NCBI GenBank assembly: GCA_947479935.1
Contig: CANKBG010000003.1
Span: forward strand, 18,848 to 82,847
Source: Comamonadaceae bacterium
GTDB lineage: Bacteria > Pseudomonadota > Gammaproteobacteria > Burkholderiales > Burkholderiaceae_C
Length of the DNA: 64,000 bases
Direction of reading: 5' to 3'
In this document: in pieces, positions 10,160 through 20,607 of the stretch
Position numbering within the stretch: position 1 is the first letter of the stretch
Layout of the letters: every line of letters starts with the position of its first letter
Made by a program: the position numbers and the translations under genes
Notes under the pieces: model-generated
The model's database searches: none
The model's input: only the letters and a program-made list of their open reading frames with translations
Told to the model about the DNA's origin: nothing

Positions 10160-10209
10160 TGATGTTCTCCTGTTAAATCTTAAAAATGGTTGAGCTTTTT
10201 GAATGAGGT

Positions 10210-11298
10210 TCAATGAACTTGGCTGGCAAATTGCCAAGCCAGTTCGGCCATGGGTTGGGCGCCAGCGCCAGAGGACTTGGCCTGATCGCTTGAGGCCGTT
10301 CCGTCTTCAACCCGCTTGGCAATGCCTTGCAAAATGGCTGCAATGCGAAACAGGTTGTAGGCCATGTAAAAGTTCCAATCGGTGGCCAACTTTTCTGGCG
10401 TGGTAAAGCCTGTCCGTTCGCAATAGCGTTTGATGTATTCGGCTTCATTGGGAATGCCCAAGGCTTTGTGGTCCAAACCGCCAATGCCTCTAAACGAACC
10501 GGGCTTGATGTGCCAGGCCATGCAGTGGTAGCTGAAGTCTGCCAAGGGGTGCCCCAGCGTAGAAAGCTCCCAGTCGAGAACCGCCAATACTTTGGGCTCG
10601 GTGGGGTGAAACATGAGATTGTCTAAGCGGAAATCACCATGAACAATGCTAACCAATGTTTCGTCTTTGGCGCTGCTGGGTATGTTGGCGGGAAGCCATA
10701 CCATAAGCCGATCCATTTCTGGAATAGATTGAGTTTGGGAGGCAACGTATTGTTTACTCCAGCGGCCAATTTGTCGTTCGATGTAGCTGCCAGGTTTACC
10801 GAAGTTGGCCAAGCCTTGCTCGGCAAACTTCACGCTGTGAAGGGCTGCAATGACACGGTTCATTTCGTCGTAAATTTCAGTGCGCTGGGCGTTGGTCATG
10901 CTGGGCAATGATTGATCCCATAACACGCGGCCCGCCACAAACTCCATGACATAAAAAGCACGACCAATGATGGCCTCGTCTTCGCACAAAACATGCATTT
11001 TGGCGACAGGCACTGATGTACCCGCCAAGCCTTTCATAACGGTAAATTCACGTTCTATGGCGTGCGCAGAAGGCAGCAACTTGGCCACAGGGCCAGGCTT
11101 AGCTCGCATCACATAGGCACACTTGGCGGTGATGAGTTTGTAGGTGGGGTTGGACTGCCCGCCTTTGAACATTTCAACCGCGAGGGGGCCTTCAAAGCCG
11201 GGCATGTTGGCCAGCAGCCAACGCTCTAGTGCAAGAAGATCAAAGGCATGGGTGCCAGTGACCGGGCGTGTGCCCACGAAATGATCAAACTGGCTCAT
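10210..11298 (-). CDS. APH-family phosphotransferase (LvaA / ACAD10-11 kinase-like)
   Basis: [17 protein letters not shown] (Brenner motif), LDWELS. Confidence 0.9.
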   Translation of the reverse strand: MSQFDHFVGTRPVTGTHAFDLLALERWLLANMPGFEGPLAVEMFKGGQSNPTYKLITAKCAYVMRAKPGPVAKLLPSAHAIEREFTVMKGLAGTSVPVAKMHVLCEDEAIIGRAFYVMEFVAGRVLWDQSLPSMTNAQRTEIYDEMNRVIAALHSVKFAEQGLANFGKPGSYIERQIGRWSKQYVASQTQSIPEMDRLMVWLPANIPSSAKDETLVSIVHGDFRLDNLMFHPTEPKVLAVLDWELSTLGHPLADFSYHCMAWHIKPGSFRGIGGLDHKALGIPNEAEYIKRYCERTGFTTPEKLATDWNFYMAYNLFRIAAILQGIAKRVEDGTASSDQAKSSGAGAQPMAELAWQFASQVH

Positions 11299-11347
11299 GT
11301 GGGAATACCGCCGTAATTTAACAAAGAAGAACTGGGTGAACTGTTGA

Positions 11348-12067
11348 TCAGTTGTCCGAATTCACGATTTTCAGTAGTGCTTCTCTGTCGAGCACCGTGA
11401 GGCCACCGGGCTCGATCTTGATAACATGCTCGCGTTCCATTTGCTTCAGTTCTTGGTTGACCCGTTGTCTTGAAGCCCCCAGCAACTGCGCCAGTTCTTC
11501 TTGCGCCAATTGCAAACTGATGCGAATTGCTTTGGCGTCCGACAAACTGGGGACTCCATAGCTGCGCAACAAGTGGTTGAGCTGTTTGGCCAGACGCGCG
11601 CGCAAGGGTAAGGTGTTGAGGTCTTCCACCAAGCCAAACAATTGGCGAATGCGTCGAGCATGCAAGCGCAACATGGCGTCGTACAACTCCACATGGGTGG
11701 CCAAAATTTTCTTGAAGTCTGCCTTGGCCACATTCAACGTGGTGGTCTCGCCATGCGCATAGGCATCGTGCGTGCGCCTGTCCCCGTCGAAAATAGAAAC
11801 GTCGCCAAACCAGATACCCGGTTCGACATAAGTCAAGGTGATGAGCTTGCCCGAAACAGACGTGGAACTCACCCGGACTGCACCCTTGGCGCAAGCGATC
11901 CACTGCTCCGGCGGCTCGCCCCTGGCTGCAATGAGTTCGCCGTCTTTGTGACGTTTGACGTAAGCGCATCTAAGAATGTCGTGTCTGAGTGAAGGTGAAA
12001 GGGTAGAAAACCAACGACCTGCGTTGATGGATTCTCTTTCCTCCATCGTAAGAATGGGTTCGTCCAT
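11348..12067 (-). CDS. Crp/Fnr family transcriptional regulator
   Basis: cNMP-binding-like domain (PGIWFGD..RTHDA) and C-terminal HTH (QEELAQLLGASRQRVNQELK). Confidence 0.9.
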   Translation of the reverse strand: MDEPILTMEERESINAGRWFSTLSPSLRHDILRCAYVKRHKDGELIAARGEPPEQWIACAKGAVRVSSTSVSGKLITLTYVEPGIWFGDVSIFDGDRRTHDAYAHGETTTLNVAKADFKKILATHVELYDAMLRLHARRIRQLFGLVEDLNTLPLRARLAKQLNHLLRSYGVPSLSDAKAIRISLQLAQEELAQLLGASRQRVNQELKQMEREHVIKIEPGGLTVLDREALLKIVNSDN

Positions 12068-12122
12068 AGTCTGTCTTTTGAGTGACTGGGTTGTTAAAAG
12101 TTGTCGCCTGAGGGACCCGGTC

Positions 12123-12902
12123 TTATTCGTAGCGCGGTGATTCTTTGTTCAAAAAGGCTGTAATTCCAATACCTGCGTTCACATGGTGAAGGTTTTTCAC
12201 AAAATGATCTCGCTCTTGGCTCAGTTGGTGGTTGAACGTGGCGCCATCGGCCTCATTCAAGAGTTCCTTGATACTGGCCAAAGCATTGGGGGCCCGTTTG
12301 TTCAGTTGGGAGGCCCAAGTTAGCGCAGTGCCCAGCGCCTGGTTGGGCTCGCACAGTTTGTTAACCACCCCCAATTCGTGCAATCTTTCTGCGCTCACGC
12401 GCTCGCCCATCATGAGCAATTCGGTGGCCAATTGGCGCGGCATCAAGCGCGACAAACTCCATGTGCCACCGCCATCGGGAGACAGCGCAATGTTGCTGTA
12501 GGCCATCACAAAAATGCTGTTGTGTGCGGCCACAATGAGGTCACACGCCAATGCCAAAGAAAATCCTGCCCCTGCGGCTGGACCTTCTACTGCGGCAATC
12601 ACGGGTTTGGGGAATGTTCGAATGGCTTCAATCCAATTGTGCAAACCTTCAATGCTTTGGGCCTGATGCTCAGGCGGAAGTTGGCGGTTGTTGTTGAGGC
12701 GTTGCAAATTACCGCCTGCACTGAACAAGCCATTTGCCCCAGTGATTACTACGCTTCGCACGTCTGGACTGGTTTCCGCCACGCTTAAAGCTTCCACGCC
12801 AGCGGCATACATTTCGGGGCCTAGGGCATTCCGGTGTTCTGGATTGCTGAGGGTCAGAATGAGGGTGTGTCCCTCGCTGGTGCTAAGCAATTGCGCTGAC
12901 AT
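12123..12902 (-). CDS. Enoyl-CoA hydratase/isomerase (crotonase) family, PaaG/oxepin-CoA-hydrolase-like
   Basis: FSAGGNL, FPKPVIAAVEGPAAGAGFSLALACD, LSPDGGG (Asp, no canonical Glu pair). Confidence 0.85.
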   Translation of the reverse strand: MSAQLLSTSEGHTLILTLSNPEHRNALGPEMYAAGVEALSVAETSPDVRSVVITGANGLFSAGGNLQRLNNNRQLPPEHQAQSIEGLHNWIEAIRTFPKPVIAAVEGPAAGAGFSLALACDLIVAAHNSIFVMAYSNIALSPDGGGTWSLSRLMPRQLATELLMMGERVSAERLHELGVVNKLCEPNQALGTALTWASQLNKRAPNALASIKELLNEADGATFNHQLSQERDHFVKNLHHVNAGIGITAFLNKESPRYE

Positions 12903-12906
12903 AAGA

Positions 12907-14427
12907 TCAATCCTCGGTATGAAGCAAAGACAAGCCAATGGCACCGCGTCGACGCAGCCATGGACTGGGGCGATAGCGTGGATCGCCATACACCGTTTGC
13001 AAATTGAAGAGTACTTCTAAAACGTTGGTGGGGCCTAGTTTGTCGCCCAAAGCCAAGGGTCCCAATGGATATCCCAAGCCCAACGTGACGGCCACATCGA
13101 GGTCGTTGGGAGTGCATACACGTTGTTGGCACATGTCGGACGCAATGTTCACGATATTGGCCACCACACGTTGCGTGATGAAGCCACCGCTGTCGCGAAT
13201 CACACTGACGGCTTTGCCATCTTTGGCAAACAAAGCATGCGCTGCGTCGCGCATGTCGCTTCGTGTGGCGGGGTTGGTAGCCAAGACACGGCGTTTGGTG
13301 GCGGCATCGTCAAACAACATGTCGATGCCAATGGTGCGCGCAGGGTCGAGGCGCTCGACCACGGCCACGGTGGTGACATCAAAGCCCAAAGGCGCCACGA
13401 GGGTTAGGGCTTGAGGCGATGGCGAAGCACCGGTTTCAATGTTAGCGCCCAAGTCTTTGAGCAATTGTAAAAGTTCGATGCGTCGGGAGGCGCGCGGAGA
13501 AACCCACACGGGTGGAAACTCTTTGACATCCGGCACGAGTTGGTCAGCAGGCACAACAGCTTTGCCATCGACGTAGTTGTAAAAACCTTGGCCTACTTTT
13601 TTGCCCACCACACCGCCAGCCAATCTTTGCGCGGTGATGACGCTGGGACGATAACGCGGCTCTTGGTAATACTGGTTGTAAATCGATTCCATGACAGGAT
13701 GGGAGACATCGAGTGCGGTGAGATCGAACAACTCGAAGGGGCCCAGTTTGAATCCAACCTGATCTTTCAAAATGCGATCGATGGTGGCGAAATCTGCCAC
13801 ACCTTCTGAAACCGCGCGCAGTGCTTCTGTGCCATAGCCGCGACCGGCATGGTTCACAATAAAGCCAGGTGTGTCGTTGGCTTGTACGGCCGTGTGGCCC
13901 ATCTGTTTGGCGTAGGCCGTCAGGCGTTCGCAAACTTCTGAATTTGTTTTTAGGCCAGCAATAACTTCCACGACCTTCATGAGTGGCACAGGATTGAAAA
14001 AGTGATAGCCCGCAAATTGTTCTGGTCGTTTTAAGCCGGCTGCTATGGCCGTGACTGAAATAGAAGAAGTGTTGGTCACCAATACGACAGGTGCTGGCAG
14101 CAAATTTTCTAACTCGACGAACAGGCTTTTCTTAATGTCCAGTCTTTCAACAATGGCTTCCACCACTAAATTGCAAGATTTCAGATCTTCCAAAATGGCC
14201 GCTGTGTGCAACCGAGTTTTGTAGGCAGTGACCGTGTCAGCATCTAAGCGGCCTTTTGTTGCCAAAGTGTCCCAAACTTGAAACACAGCATCTCTGGCTT
14301 TTTGCATCGCTTCGGCTTGTGTGTCATAAAGCCAAACTTGACTGCCAGCTTGTGCTGCAATTTGAGCAATACCGCGGCCCATGGCGCCGGCACCGATGAC
14401 TGCAACGTGATTAAAAATTGGGGTCAT
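12907..14427 (-). CDS. 3-hydroxyacyl-CoA dehydrogenase (PaaH-like, duplicated C-terminal domain)
   Basis: GAGAMGRGIA, EAIVERLDIK, NTSS, HFFNPVPLM, two GYPxGP-type C-terminal segments. Confidence 0.9.
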   Translation of the reverse strand: MTPIFNHVAVIGAGAMGRGIAQIAAQAGSQVWLYDTQAEAMQKARDAVFQVWDTLATKGRLDADTVTAYKTRLHTAAILEDLKSCNLVVEAIVERLDIKKSLFVELENLLPAPVVLVTNTSSISVTAIAAGLKRPEQFAGYHFFNPVPLMKVVEVIAGLKTNSEVCERLTAYAKQMGHTAVQANDTPGFIVNHAGRGYGTEALRAVSEGVADFATIDRILKDQVGFKLGPFELFDLTALDVSHPVMESIYNQYYQEPRYRPSVITAQRLAGGVVGKKVGQGFYNYVDGKAVVPADQLVPDVKEFPPVWVSPRASRRIELLQLLKDLGANIETGASPSPQALTLVAPLGFDVTTVAVVERLDPARTIGIDMLFDDAATKRRVLATNPATRSDMRDAAHALFAKDGKAVSVIRDSGGFITQRVVANIVNIASDMCQQRVCTPNDLDVAVTLGLGYPLGPLALGDKLGPTNVLEVLFNLQTVYGDPRYRPSPWLRRRGAIGLSLLHTED

Positions 14428-14493
14428 TGTCTGTTGATCGAAAATGAAATGTTCAAAAGTTTGGCGCAACCATGAAGCAAGGCTGAGGGATCA

Positions 14494-15501
14494 TTACCGA
14501 CGTACCTGTAAAGCGCCTGGGTTCACGATGTTGGTGGGCGTCCCCTTGATGAAATTCACCACGTTGTCAAACGCTGCGCCGAAGTACAACTCGTAGTTGT
14601 CTTTTTCAACATAACCAATGTGAGGCGTGCAGATGCAGTTTTCTAAACGCAACAGTGCATGGCCTTGAAGAATAGGCTCGTGTTCAAAAACATCAATGGC
14701 TGCAAGGCCAGGCCGACCGCGGTTCAATGAACTGATGAGCGCATCTGGTTCTATCAGTTCAGCGCGCGATGTGTTGACCACCATGGCAGTGGTTTTCATG
14801 CGCGACAAATCATCCATTGTGACAATGCCACGCGTGGTTTCGTTCAATCGCAGATGCAAAGACAATACGTCGCTTTGTTCAAAAAAAGCTTCTCGGGTGG
14901 TGGCTGGAATGAAGCCGTCGGCAACGGCCTTTTCGCGTGAGGTTTCGCTGCCCCAAACAACCACTTGCATACCGAAGGCTTTGGCATAACCGGCCACCAA
15001 TTGGCCAATTTTTCCATAACCCCAAATGCCAAAGGTACGACCACGCAGCACGGTGCCTAGGCCAAAGTTGGCTGGCATCGATGATGATTTCAAACCAGAC
15101 TGTTGCCAAGCGCCATGCTTTAGATTGCCAATGTACTGGGGTATTCGGCGCGATGCGGCCATGACCAATGCCCAAGTGAGTTCTGCGGGCGCGTAGGGTG
15201 AACCGGTACCTTGTGCCACCGCTATACCTCGCTCGGAGCAAGCTTCCAGATCAATGTGCGACCCGGCATGGCCAGTTTGCGAAATGAGTTTGAGGCGAGG
15301 AAGTTTCTCCAGCAACTGCCTGTTGAGGTGTGTTCGTTCGCGGATGAGCACCAGAATGTCGGCATCTTTCAAACGCACGGACAACTGACCTAAACCTTTG
15401 ACGGTATTGGTGTAGACCTTGGCTTGGTAGGCATCTAATTTGGTCGCACAGTCTAGTTTTCGGACGACATCTTGATAGTCGTCAAGGATCACAATATTCA
15501 T
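14494..15501 (-). CDS. D-isomer-specific 2-hydroxyacid dehydrogenase
   Basis: GYGKIG Rossmann motif, NTSRAELI, DVFEHEP, TPHIG. Confidence 0.9.
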   Translation of the reverse strand: MNIVILDDYQDVVRKLDCATKLDAYQAKVYTNTVKGLGQLSVRLKDADILVLIRERTHLNRQLLEKLPRLKLISQTGHAGSHIDLEACSERGIAVAQGTGSPYAPAELTWALVMAASRRIPQYIGNLKHGAWQQSGLKSSSMPANFGLGTVLRGRTFGIWGYGKIGQLVAGYAKAFGMQVVVWGSETSREKAVADGFIPATTREAFFEQSDVLSLHLRLNETTRGIVTMDDLSRMKTTAMVVNTSRAELIEPDALISSLNRGRPGLAAIDVFEHEPILQGHALLRLENCICTPHIGYVEKDNYELYFGAAFDNVVNFIKGTPTNIVNPGALQVRR

Positions 15502-15589
15502 AGGCACCATTGTGCCTTGCCCTGAGGCTTCCAAAGGATGGGAGCCTTAAATTTTGAGTGCCAAATTGCTAGGCCAGAAACCCTGTGAA

Positions 15590-15913
15590 TTAGTGGGTTA
15601 AGGATGCTTTGTTTTGCGCTTCGAGTGCCACCAGGCGGTCTAGTTCGGCGCAGACGTCGGCCATACGGCCTGAGATGATCATGCGCCCGGCAGTGTAGGG
15701 CGCTTCACCTTGTTCAGACACTCGCAGGACCCTGAGTGCGCGGTGTTGGCTTGCTCTGCTGCCAGATTGAGGTTGAGCCTGGGTGTTGTGTTGGTGCAGT
15801 TGATTGCGCGAGTTAAAGCCCGAGGAGGGTGCTGACTCGAGGTGAGCCGCCGCATTCATGAACCTTTGAATGCCGGTGTAAAGGCTGGAAATGCCAAAAA
15901 GTGTAAGTGTCAT
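15590..15913 (-). CDS. Hypothetical 107-aa protein directly downstream of lexA
   Basis: SD AAGGA (15919-15923) 5 nt before the ATG; start 24 nt after the lexA stop; fills the intergenic space; folded-looking C-terminus RVLRV...GRMIISGRMADVCAELDRL. Confidence 0.75.
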   Translation of the reverse strand: MTLTLFGISSLYTGIQRFMNAAAHLESAPSSGFNSRNQLHQHNTQAQPQSGSRASQHRALRVLRVSEQGEAPYTAGRMIISGRMADVCAELDRLVALEAQNKASLTH

Positions 15914-15937
15914 GTGAATCCTTAGGGAATAAAGTGG

Positions 15938-16609
15938 TTACATCAAGAGTGTGTTGCGTATGAGGCCAACGGCCAGACCTTCGATGTCGAAGGGCTCGCC
16001 AGGGTTGACCAAAATGATGGGGTAATCTGGGTTTTCTGGCAGAAGTTCGATGCGATCGAGGTGGCGGCGCAAGCGCTTGACGGTGACTTCATCGCCCAAA
16101 CGGGCCACGACAATTTGGCCATTGCGCACCTCTTTGGTGGCTTTGACGGCCAGCAAATCGCCGTCCATGATGCCGGCGTCGCGCATGGACATGCCTCGAA
16201 CACGCAATAAGTAGTCGGGCTGTTCTTGGAAAAGGTGACTTTCAACGTGGTAAGTGCGGTCGATATGTTCTTGGGCCAAAATAGGTGAGCCCGCAGCGAC
16301 ACGTCCAATGAGGGGCAATGCCAATTGGGCAAAGCCGGGCAAGGGCATGCTGAACAGGTCGCTGGAATTGCGCATGGAACTGCGAGAGGCGCCTTTGAGG
16401 CGAATGCCACGTGAGGTGCCGCTGACCAAGTCGATGGCGCCTTTTCGGGCCAAAGCTTGGAGGTGCTCTTCGGCGGCGTTGGCTGATTTGAAGCCTAAAA
16501 CACGCGCAATTTCTGCGCGAGTAGGTGGCGCACCCGTTTCCGCGATGGTTTTTTGGATGAGCTCCAAAATTTCTTGCTGGCGGGCCGTGAGCTTTGGTAA
16601 ATCGATCAT
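15938..16609 (-). CDS. lexA: SOS repressor LexA
   Basis: [26 protein letters not shown] winged HTH, VAAG cleavage site, GMSM Ser and VTVKR Lys dyad. Confidence 0.97.
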   Translation of the reverse strand: MIDLPKLTARQQEILELIQKTIAETGAPPTRAEIARVLGFKSANAAEEHLQALARKGAIDLVSGTSRGIRLKGASRSSMRNSSDLFSMPLPGFAQLALPLIGRVAAGSPILAQEHIDRTYHVESHLFQEQPDYLLRVRGMSMRDAGIMDGDLLAVKATKEVRNGQIVVARLGDEVTVKRLRRHLDRIELLPENPDYPIILVNPGEPFDIEGLAVGLIRNTLLM

Positions 16610-16646
16610 GATGCAGTCCTTGTAGGGTGGCTGATACGTCAAACAA

Positions 16647-16681
16647 CTGTTTTCTTATCCAGTTACTGTATTTTTAACCAG
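16647..16681. promoter_or_regulatory. Two tandem LexA (SOS) boxes
   Basis: CTGT-TTTCTTAT-CCAG (16647-16662) and CTGT-ATTTTTAA-CCAG (16666-16681), both CTG-N10-CAG, upstream of lexA. Confidence 0.9.
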
Positions 16682-16692
16682 TCTTTTTATAA

Positions 16693-17688
16693 ATGCAAGC
16701 AAAAATTCAAAAAATTGTTGTTTTAGGCACAGGCGGAACCATTGCCGGTGAGTCAAATTCTGCAGACGAAGGCTTGTCTTACAAGGCGGCGCAGCGTGGA
16801 ATTGAGGTTCTTTTAAAGGCTGTGGCTGGCAGCTCACAAAAACTGCCGCCTTCCCTTGCCAATGTGAATTTTGAAGTCGAGCAGGTGGCGCAGCTGGACA
16901 GCAAGGACATGGACTTCGCTACTTGGAGAGTCTTGGCTCAAAGGTGTGAGTTCTGGTTAGCGCAAACCGAGGTGGTAGCCGTGGTGATCACCCACGGCAC
17001 TGACACCTTGGAAGAAACTGCTTTTTTCTTGTCTCAAGTTTTGAGCCGAGAAAAACCCATCGTTTTGACGTGTGCCATGCGACCCGCCAATTTCAAAGAT
17101 GCCGATGGTCCTCAAAATTTGAGAGATGCTTTGAACGTGTCAGCGCAAGTCAAGGGCGCTGGCGTTTGGTTGGTGGCTGCGGGCGAAATTCACCATAGTC
17201 AATTTGTTCAAAAGGTTCACCCCACCCGTTTGAATGCATTTGACTCTGGTGAAGTTGGGGCTGCTGGCAAGGTGTCTCAAGATCAAATTTTTTGGGCAGA
17301 GACTTTCAATGCATCTGCCATCTTGCCGTCCATTTCAAAGCAGGTATTGAATGCAGCCGACTTACCAAAAGCTGATGAATGGCCATGGGTTGAAATCGTC
17401 ATGAACCATGTACAGGCTTCTTTCAAACAGGTTGACTTGTTGGTCAACGCGGGCGTGCAAGGCTTGGTGGTGGCGGGTACAGGCAATGGCTCCATTGGCA
17501 CAGCCTTGAAAGAAGGGCTTTTAAAAGCTCAACGTGCAGGTGTACGTATTCGAATTGCCAGCAGGTGTGCGCAGGGGCCAGTGCTTCCCACCGAAGGCCA
17601 CATTTTTAAAGTGGACGGTGGTTTGAATGCTGTGAAAACAAGAGTGGCCATGCTGCTGGAAATCATGAGCCAACGGCAAAGCCACTGA
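16693..17688 (+). CDS. L-asparaginase/glutaminase family
   Basis: GTGGTIAG, SKDM, HGTDTLEE, GLVVAGTGNG. Confidence 0.92.
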   Translation: MQAKIQKIVVLGTGGTIAGESNSADEGLSYKAAQRGIEVLLKAVAGSSQKLPPSLANVNFEVEQVAQLDSKDMDFATWRVLAQRCEFWLAQTEVVAVVITHGTDTLEETAFFLSQVLSREKPIVLTCAMRPANFKDADGPQNLRDALNVSAQVKGAGVWLVAAGEIHHSQFVQKVHPTRLNAFDSGEVGAAGKVSQDQIFWAETFNASAILPSISKQVLNAADLPKADEWPWVEIVMNHVQASFKQVDLLVNAGVQGLVVAGTGNGSIGTALKEGLLKAQRAGVRIRIASRCAQGPVLPTEGHIFKVDGGLNAVKTRVAMLLEIMSQRQSH

Positions 17689-17709
17689 TCGCAAGTACGA
17701 GGATAGCTC

Positions 17710-18387
<678 letters not shown>

Positions 18388-18476
18388 TTATTAAATCTTT
18401 CGCCAAAGCCTTCATGGCTTTGCTCAAGAATATCATGGGAAACCTAAACTTGCCTGACAACAAGTGGCCTTGAGTT

Positions 18477-19238
18477 TCAGGCTTTAAAAATAGCCCTAAC
18501 ACGGGCCAAATCTTCAGGTGTGTCCACGCCCGGCCCAGGTGCGCTGTCGGTCACATGAACTGCAATTTTGTAGCCATGCCAAAGAGCGCGGAGTTGTTCG
18601 AGCGCCTCTCCGGTTTCAATGGGTGCAGGCGTGAGCTTAGGAAAGCTTTGTAAAAAACCAACGCGGTAAGCGTAAATACCAATGTGCCTTAAAGGCGCTG
18701 GGGTAGGCAAGGTGTTGATGCCAGTGTCAAATCCATCTCGCCACCAAGGAATGGGTGCACGGCTAAAATAAAGCGCAATTTGTGCTTGGTCTAAAACCAC
18801 TTTGACCACGTTGGGATTGGTAAATTCTGCTACGTCGTGAATAGCGTGGGCAGCGGTGCTCATGCTTGCAGTGGATCTGTTTTGCAGCAACGCCGCTACT
18901 TGGTTAATGAGTTCGGGGTCAATAAGGGGCTCATCGCCCTGAACATTGACCACCATGTCTTGTGAACTTAAGCCCAATAGTGCGCTGGCTTCCGCCAAGC
19001 GATCGCTGCCGCTGGGATGATCTGCTTTGGTAAGCAGAACTTTGATGCCATGTGCTTCGCAAGCTTTCACAATTTCTAGGCTGTCGGCGGCCACAACCAC
19101 TTGCGTAGCGTTAGACAGGGCAGCACGTTGTGCCACGCGAACCACCATGGGCAGACCGTGGATATCAGCCAACGGCTTGTTAGGAAGGCGGGTGGAAGCC
19201 AATCGTGCAGGAACAATGACAGTAAATGGTTGAGTCAT
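18477..19238 (-). CDS. kdsB: 3-deoxy-manno-octulosonate cytidylyltransferase
   Basis: [32 protein letters not shown]. Confidence 0.97.
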   Translation of the reverse strand: MTQPFTVIVPARLASTRLPNKPLADIHGLPMVVRVAQRAALSNATQVVVAADSLEIVKACEAHGIKVLLTKADHPSGSDRLAEASALLGLSSQDMVVNVQGDEPLIDPELINQVAALLQNRSTASMSTAAHAIHDVAEFTNPNVVKVVLDQAQIALYFSRAPIPWWRDGFDTGINTLPTPAPLRHIGIYAYRVGFLQSFPKLTPAPIETGEALEQLRALWHGYKIAVHVTDSAPGPGVDTPEDLARVRAIFKA

Positions 19239-19274
19239 TTCAGCAGTCTTTGCACTGCGTTTGAAACATCAAGC

Positions 19275-19484
19275 TCATGACACCAAGGGCGTGCGAGGTT
19301 TGAGTTTTTCCAACTCTTCGTCGCTCAAGGTGCGGGCTTCGTTTTCCAACAAAATTGGGATGCCATTGCGAATGGGATAGGCCAGTCGTGCACTGCGCGA
19401 CCACAATTCTTGCAACTCACGTTGCAGATCTAAGGGGCCTTTGGTGACGGGGCAGACCAGCAGTTCAATTAATTTTGTGTCCAT
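19275..19484 (-). CDS. Trm112-family protein (YcaR-like)
   Basis: [24 protein letters not shown]; usual position between lpxK and kdsB. Confidence 0.92.
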   Translation of the reverse strand: MDTKLIELLVCPVTKGPLDLQRELQELWSRSARLAYPIRNGIPILLENEARTLSDEELEKLKPRTPLVS

Positions 19485-19487
19485 GTT

Positions 19488-20474
19488 TCAATGATAACGG
19501 TGACGGGCCTTGAAGAGCAGATCGAATTCAAGCCAAAACGCATTTTCAGGTTCAAAAATCAAGGGGATGGCCAGCGCCAGAGGAAATCGAGTCCAAAGTT
19601 TGGCAGCGTCTTTTTCGGTGCAGAGCAAGATGCATTCTGGATGTTGGGGTCTGAAGTTTTCAAAATTGTCGTGATCGGGCAGCGCAGTCACCGCTTGAAT
19701 CTTAAACTGTTGCTCACGCAACATGGCTAAGAAGTTCTGCGGCTTTGCAATGCCAGACACCACTTCGACAGGTTGATTGAGAAGGTCGCTGATGGGCACG
19801 TTCTTTCCTTGGCTTGACATCGCTTCTAACGCCAACTGCCGCGTCGATTCAAATCCTTCGGCCATGCTTCGTGTATCTGTGTGAAGCAGTAAATCAGTGT
19901 TTCGCGGCCATGGCTCTCTGAGGGGGCCCGCAGGCAGTAAATGGCCATTGCCAATGCCCACGGCATCCATGACGCAAATCTCGATGTCACGTTGTAGGGC
20001 GCGGTGCTGGAGTCCATCGTCGCACACCAAAATTTTGATATCAGGGAAATTTTTTAAAAGATGGTTTGCTGCATCAACTCGGTTGGCGCCCACCACCACT
20101 GGCACATGGCATTTTTGAAATATCAGCAAAGGTTCATCGCCCACATCGCCAACCCTGCTGTGTTCAGTGACAATTTGAAGTCCAACTGTGTGTCTGCCAT
20201 AGCCGCGGGAGATGACGCCCACTTCGAAGCCTTGAAGGACCAAGCGATTGACCAGGGCCATGGTGAGGGGCGTTTTGCCACCGCCGCCTGCCACCACGTT
20301 GCCCACGACCACCACAGTGGCATTGACGCGGTGTTGTTTCAGGAAACCCAATTCGAACAAAAATTGACGCAAGAGGAGCGTGATACGGTAAAGAATTTCC
20401 AGAGGCCACAGCGCCAGGGTGACGGCATTGCTTTGACGCCAATAGCGTGGAAGTTGGTGCAACCAGTGGGTCAT
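19488..20474 (-). CDS. lpxK: Tetraacyldisaccharide 4'-kinase
   Basis: VGNVVAGGGGKTP, SRGYG, GDEP, DDGLQH, LLPAGPLREP, TEKD. Confidence 0.95.
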   Translation of the reverse strand: MTHWLHQLPRYWRQSNAVTLALWPLEILYRITLLLRQFLFELGFLKQHRVNATVVVVGNVVAGGGGKTPLTMALVNRLVLQGFEVGVISRGYGRHTVGLQIVTEHSRVGDVGDEPLLIFQKCHVPVVVGANRVDAANHLLKNFPDIKILVCDDGLQHRALQRDIEICVMDAVGIGNGHLLPAGPLREPWPRNTDLLLHTDTRSMAEGFESTRQLALEAMSSQGKNVPISDLLNQPVEVVSGIAKPQNFLAMLREQQFKIQAVTALPDHDNFENFRPQHPECILLCTEKDAAKLWTRFPLALAIPLIFEPENAFWLEFDLLFKARHRYH

Positions 20475-20484
20475 GTTGAATGTT

Positions 20485-20607
20485 TCAGAGCTTTCTGTTG
20501 TTGGAAGCTTTTTGCGTGGCAAATGCAGTTTTGGTAACGTCATTCAAGCGAGCGGCTTGTATGATGCTTAACAAACTCAATCTTTCTACTTCTGGTTTCA
20601 GTTTTGA
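20485..20607 (-). pseudogene. Remnant of the exbD/tolR-like gene C-terminus
   Basis: Minus-strand frame without a supported start reads SKLKPEVERLSLLSIIQAARLNDVTKTAFATQKASNNRKL*, resembling ExbD C-termini (..VMEAARR.G...ITFATQ), at the position where exbD normally precedes lpxK. Confidence 0.65.

Noticed and set aside
11295-11969. 224-aa alternative-frame ORF over the Crp regulator
   Set aside because: Overlaps a well-supported gene and has no recognisable motifs; shadow ORF.
20475-20543. N-terminal extension of lpxK in the ORF track
   Set aside because: It overlaps the exbD remnant in another frame and lacks LpxK character; the ATG at 20474 is preferred.
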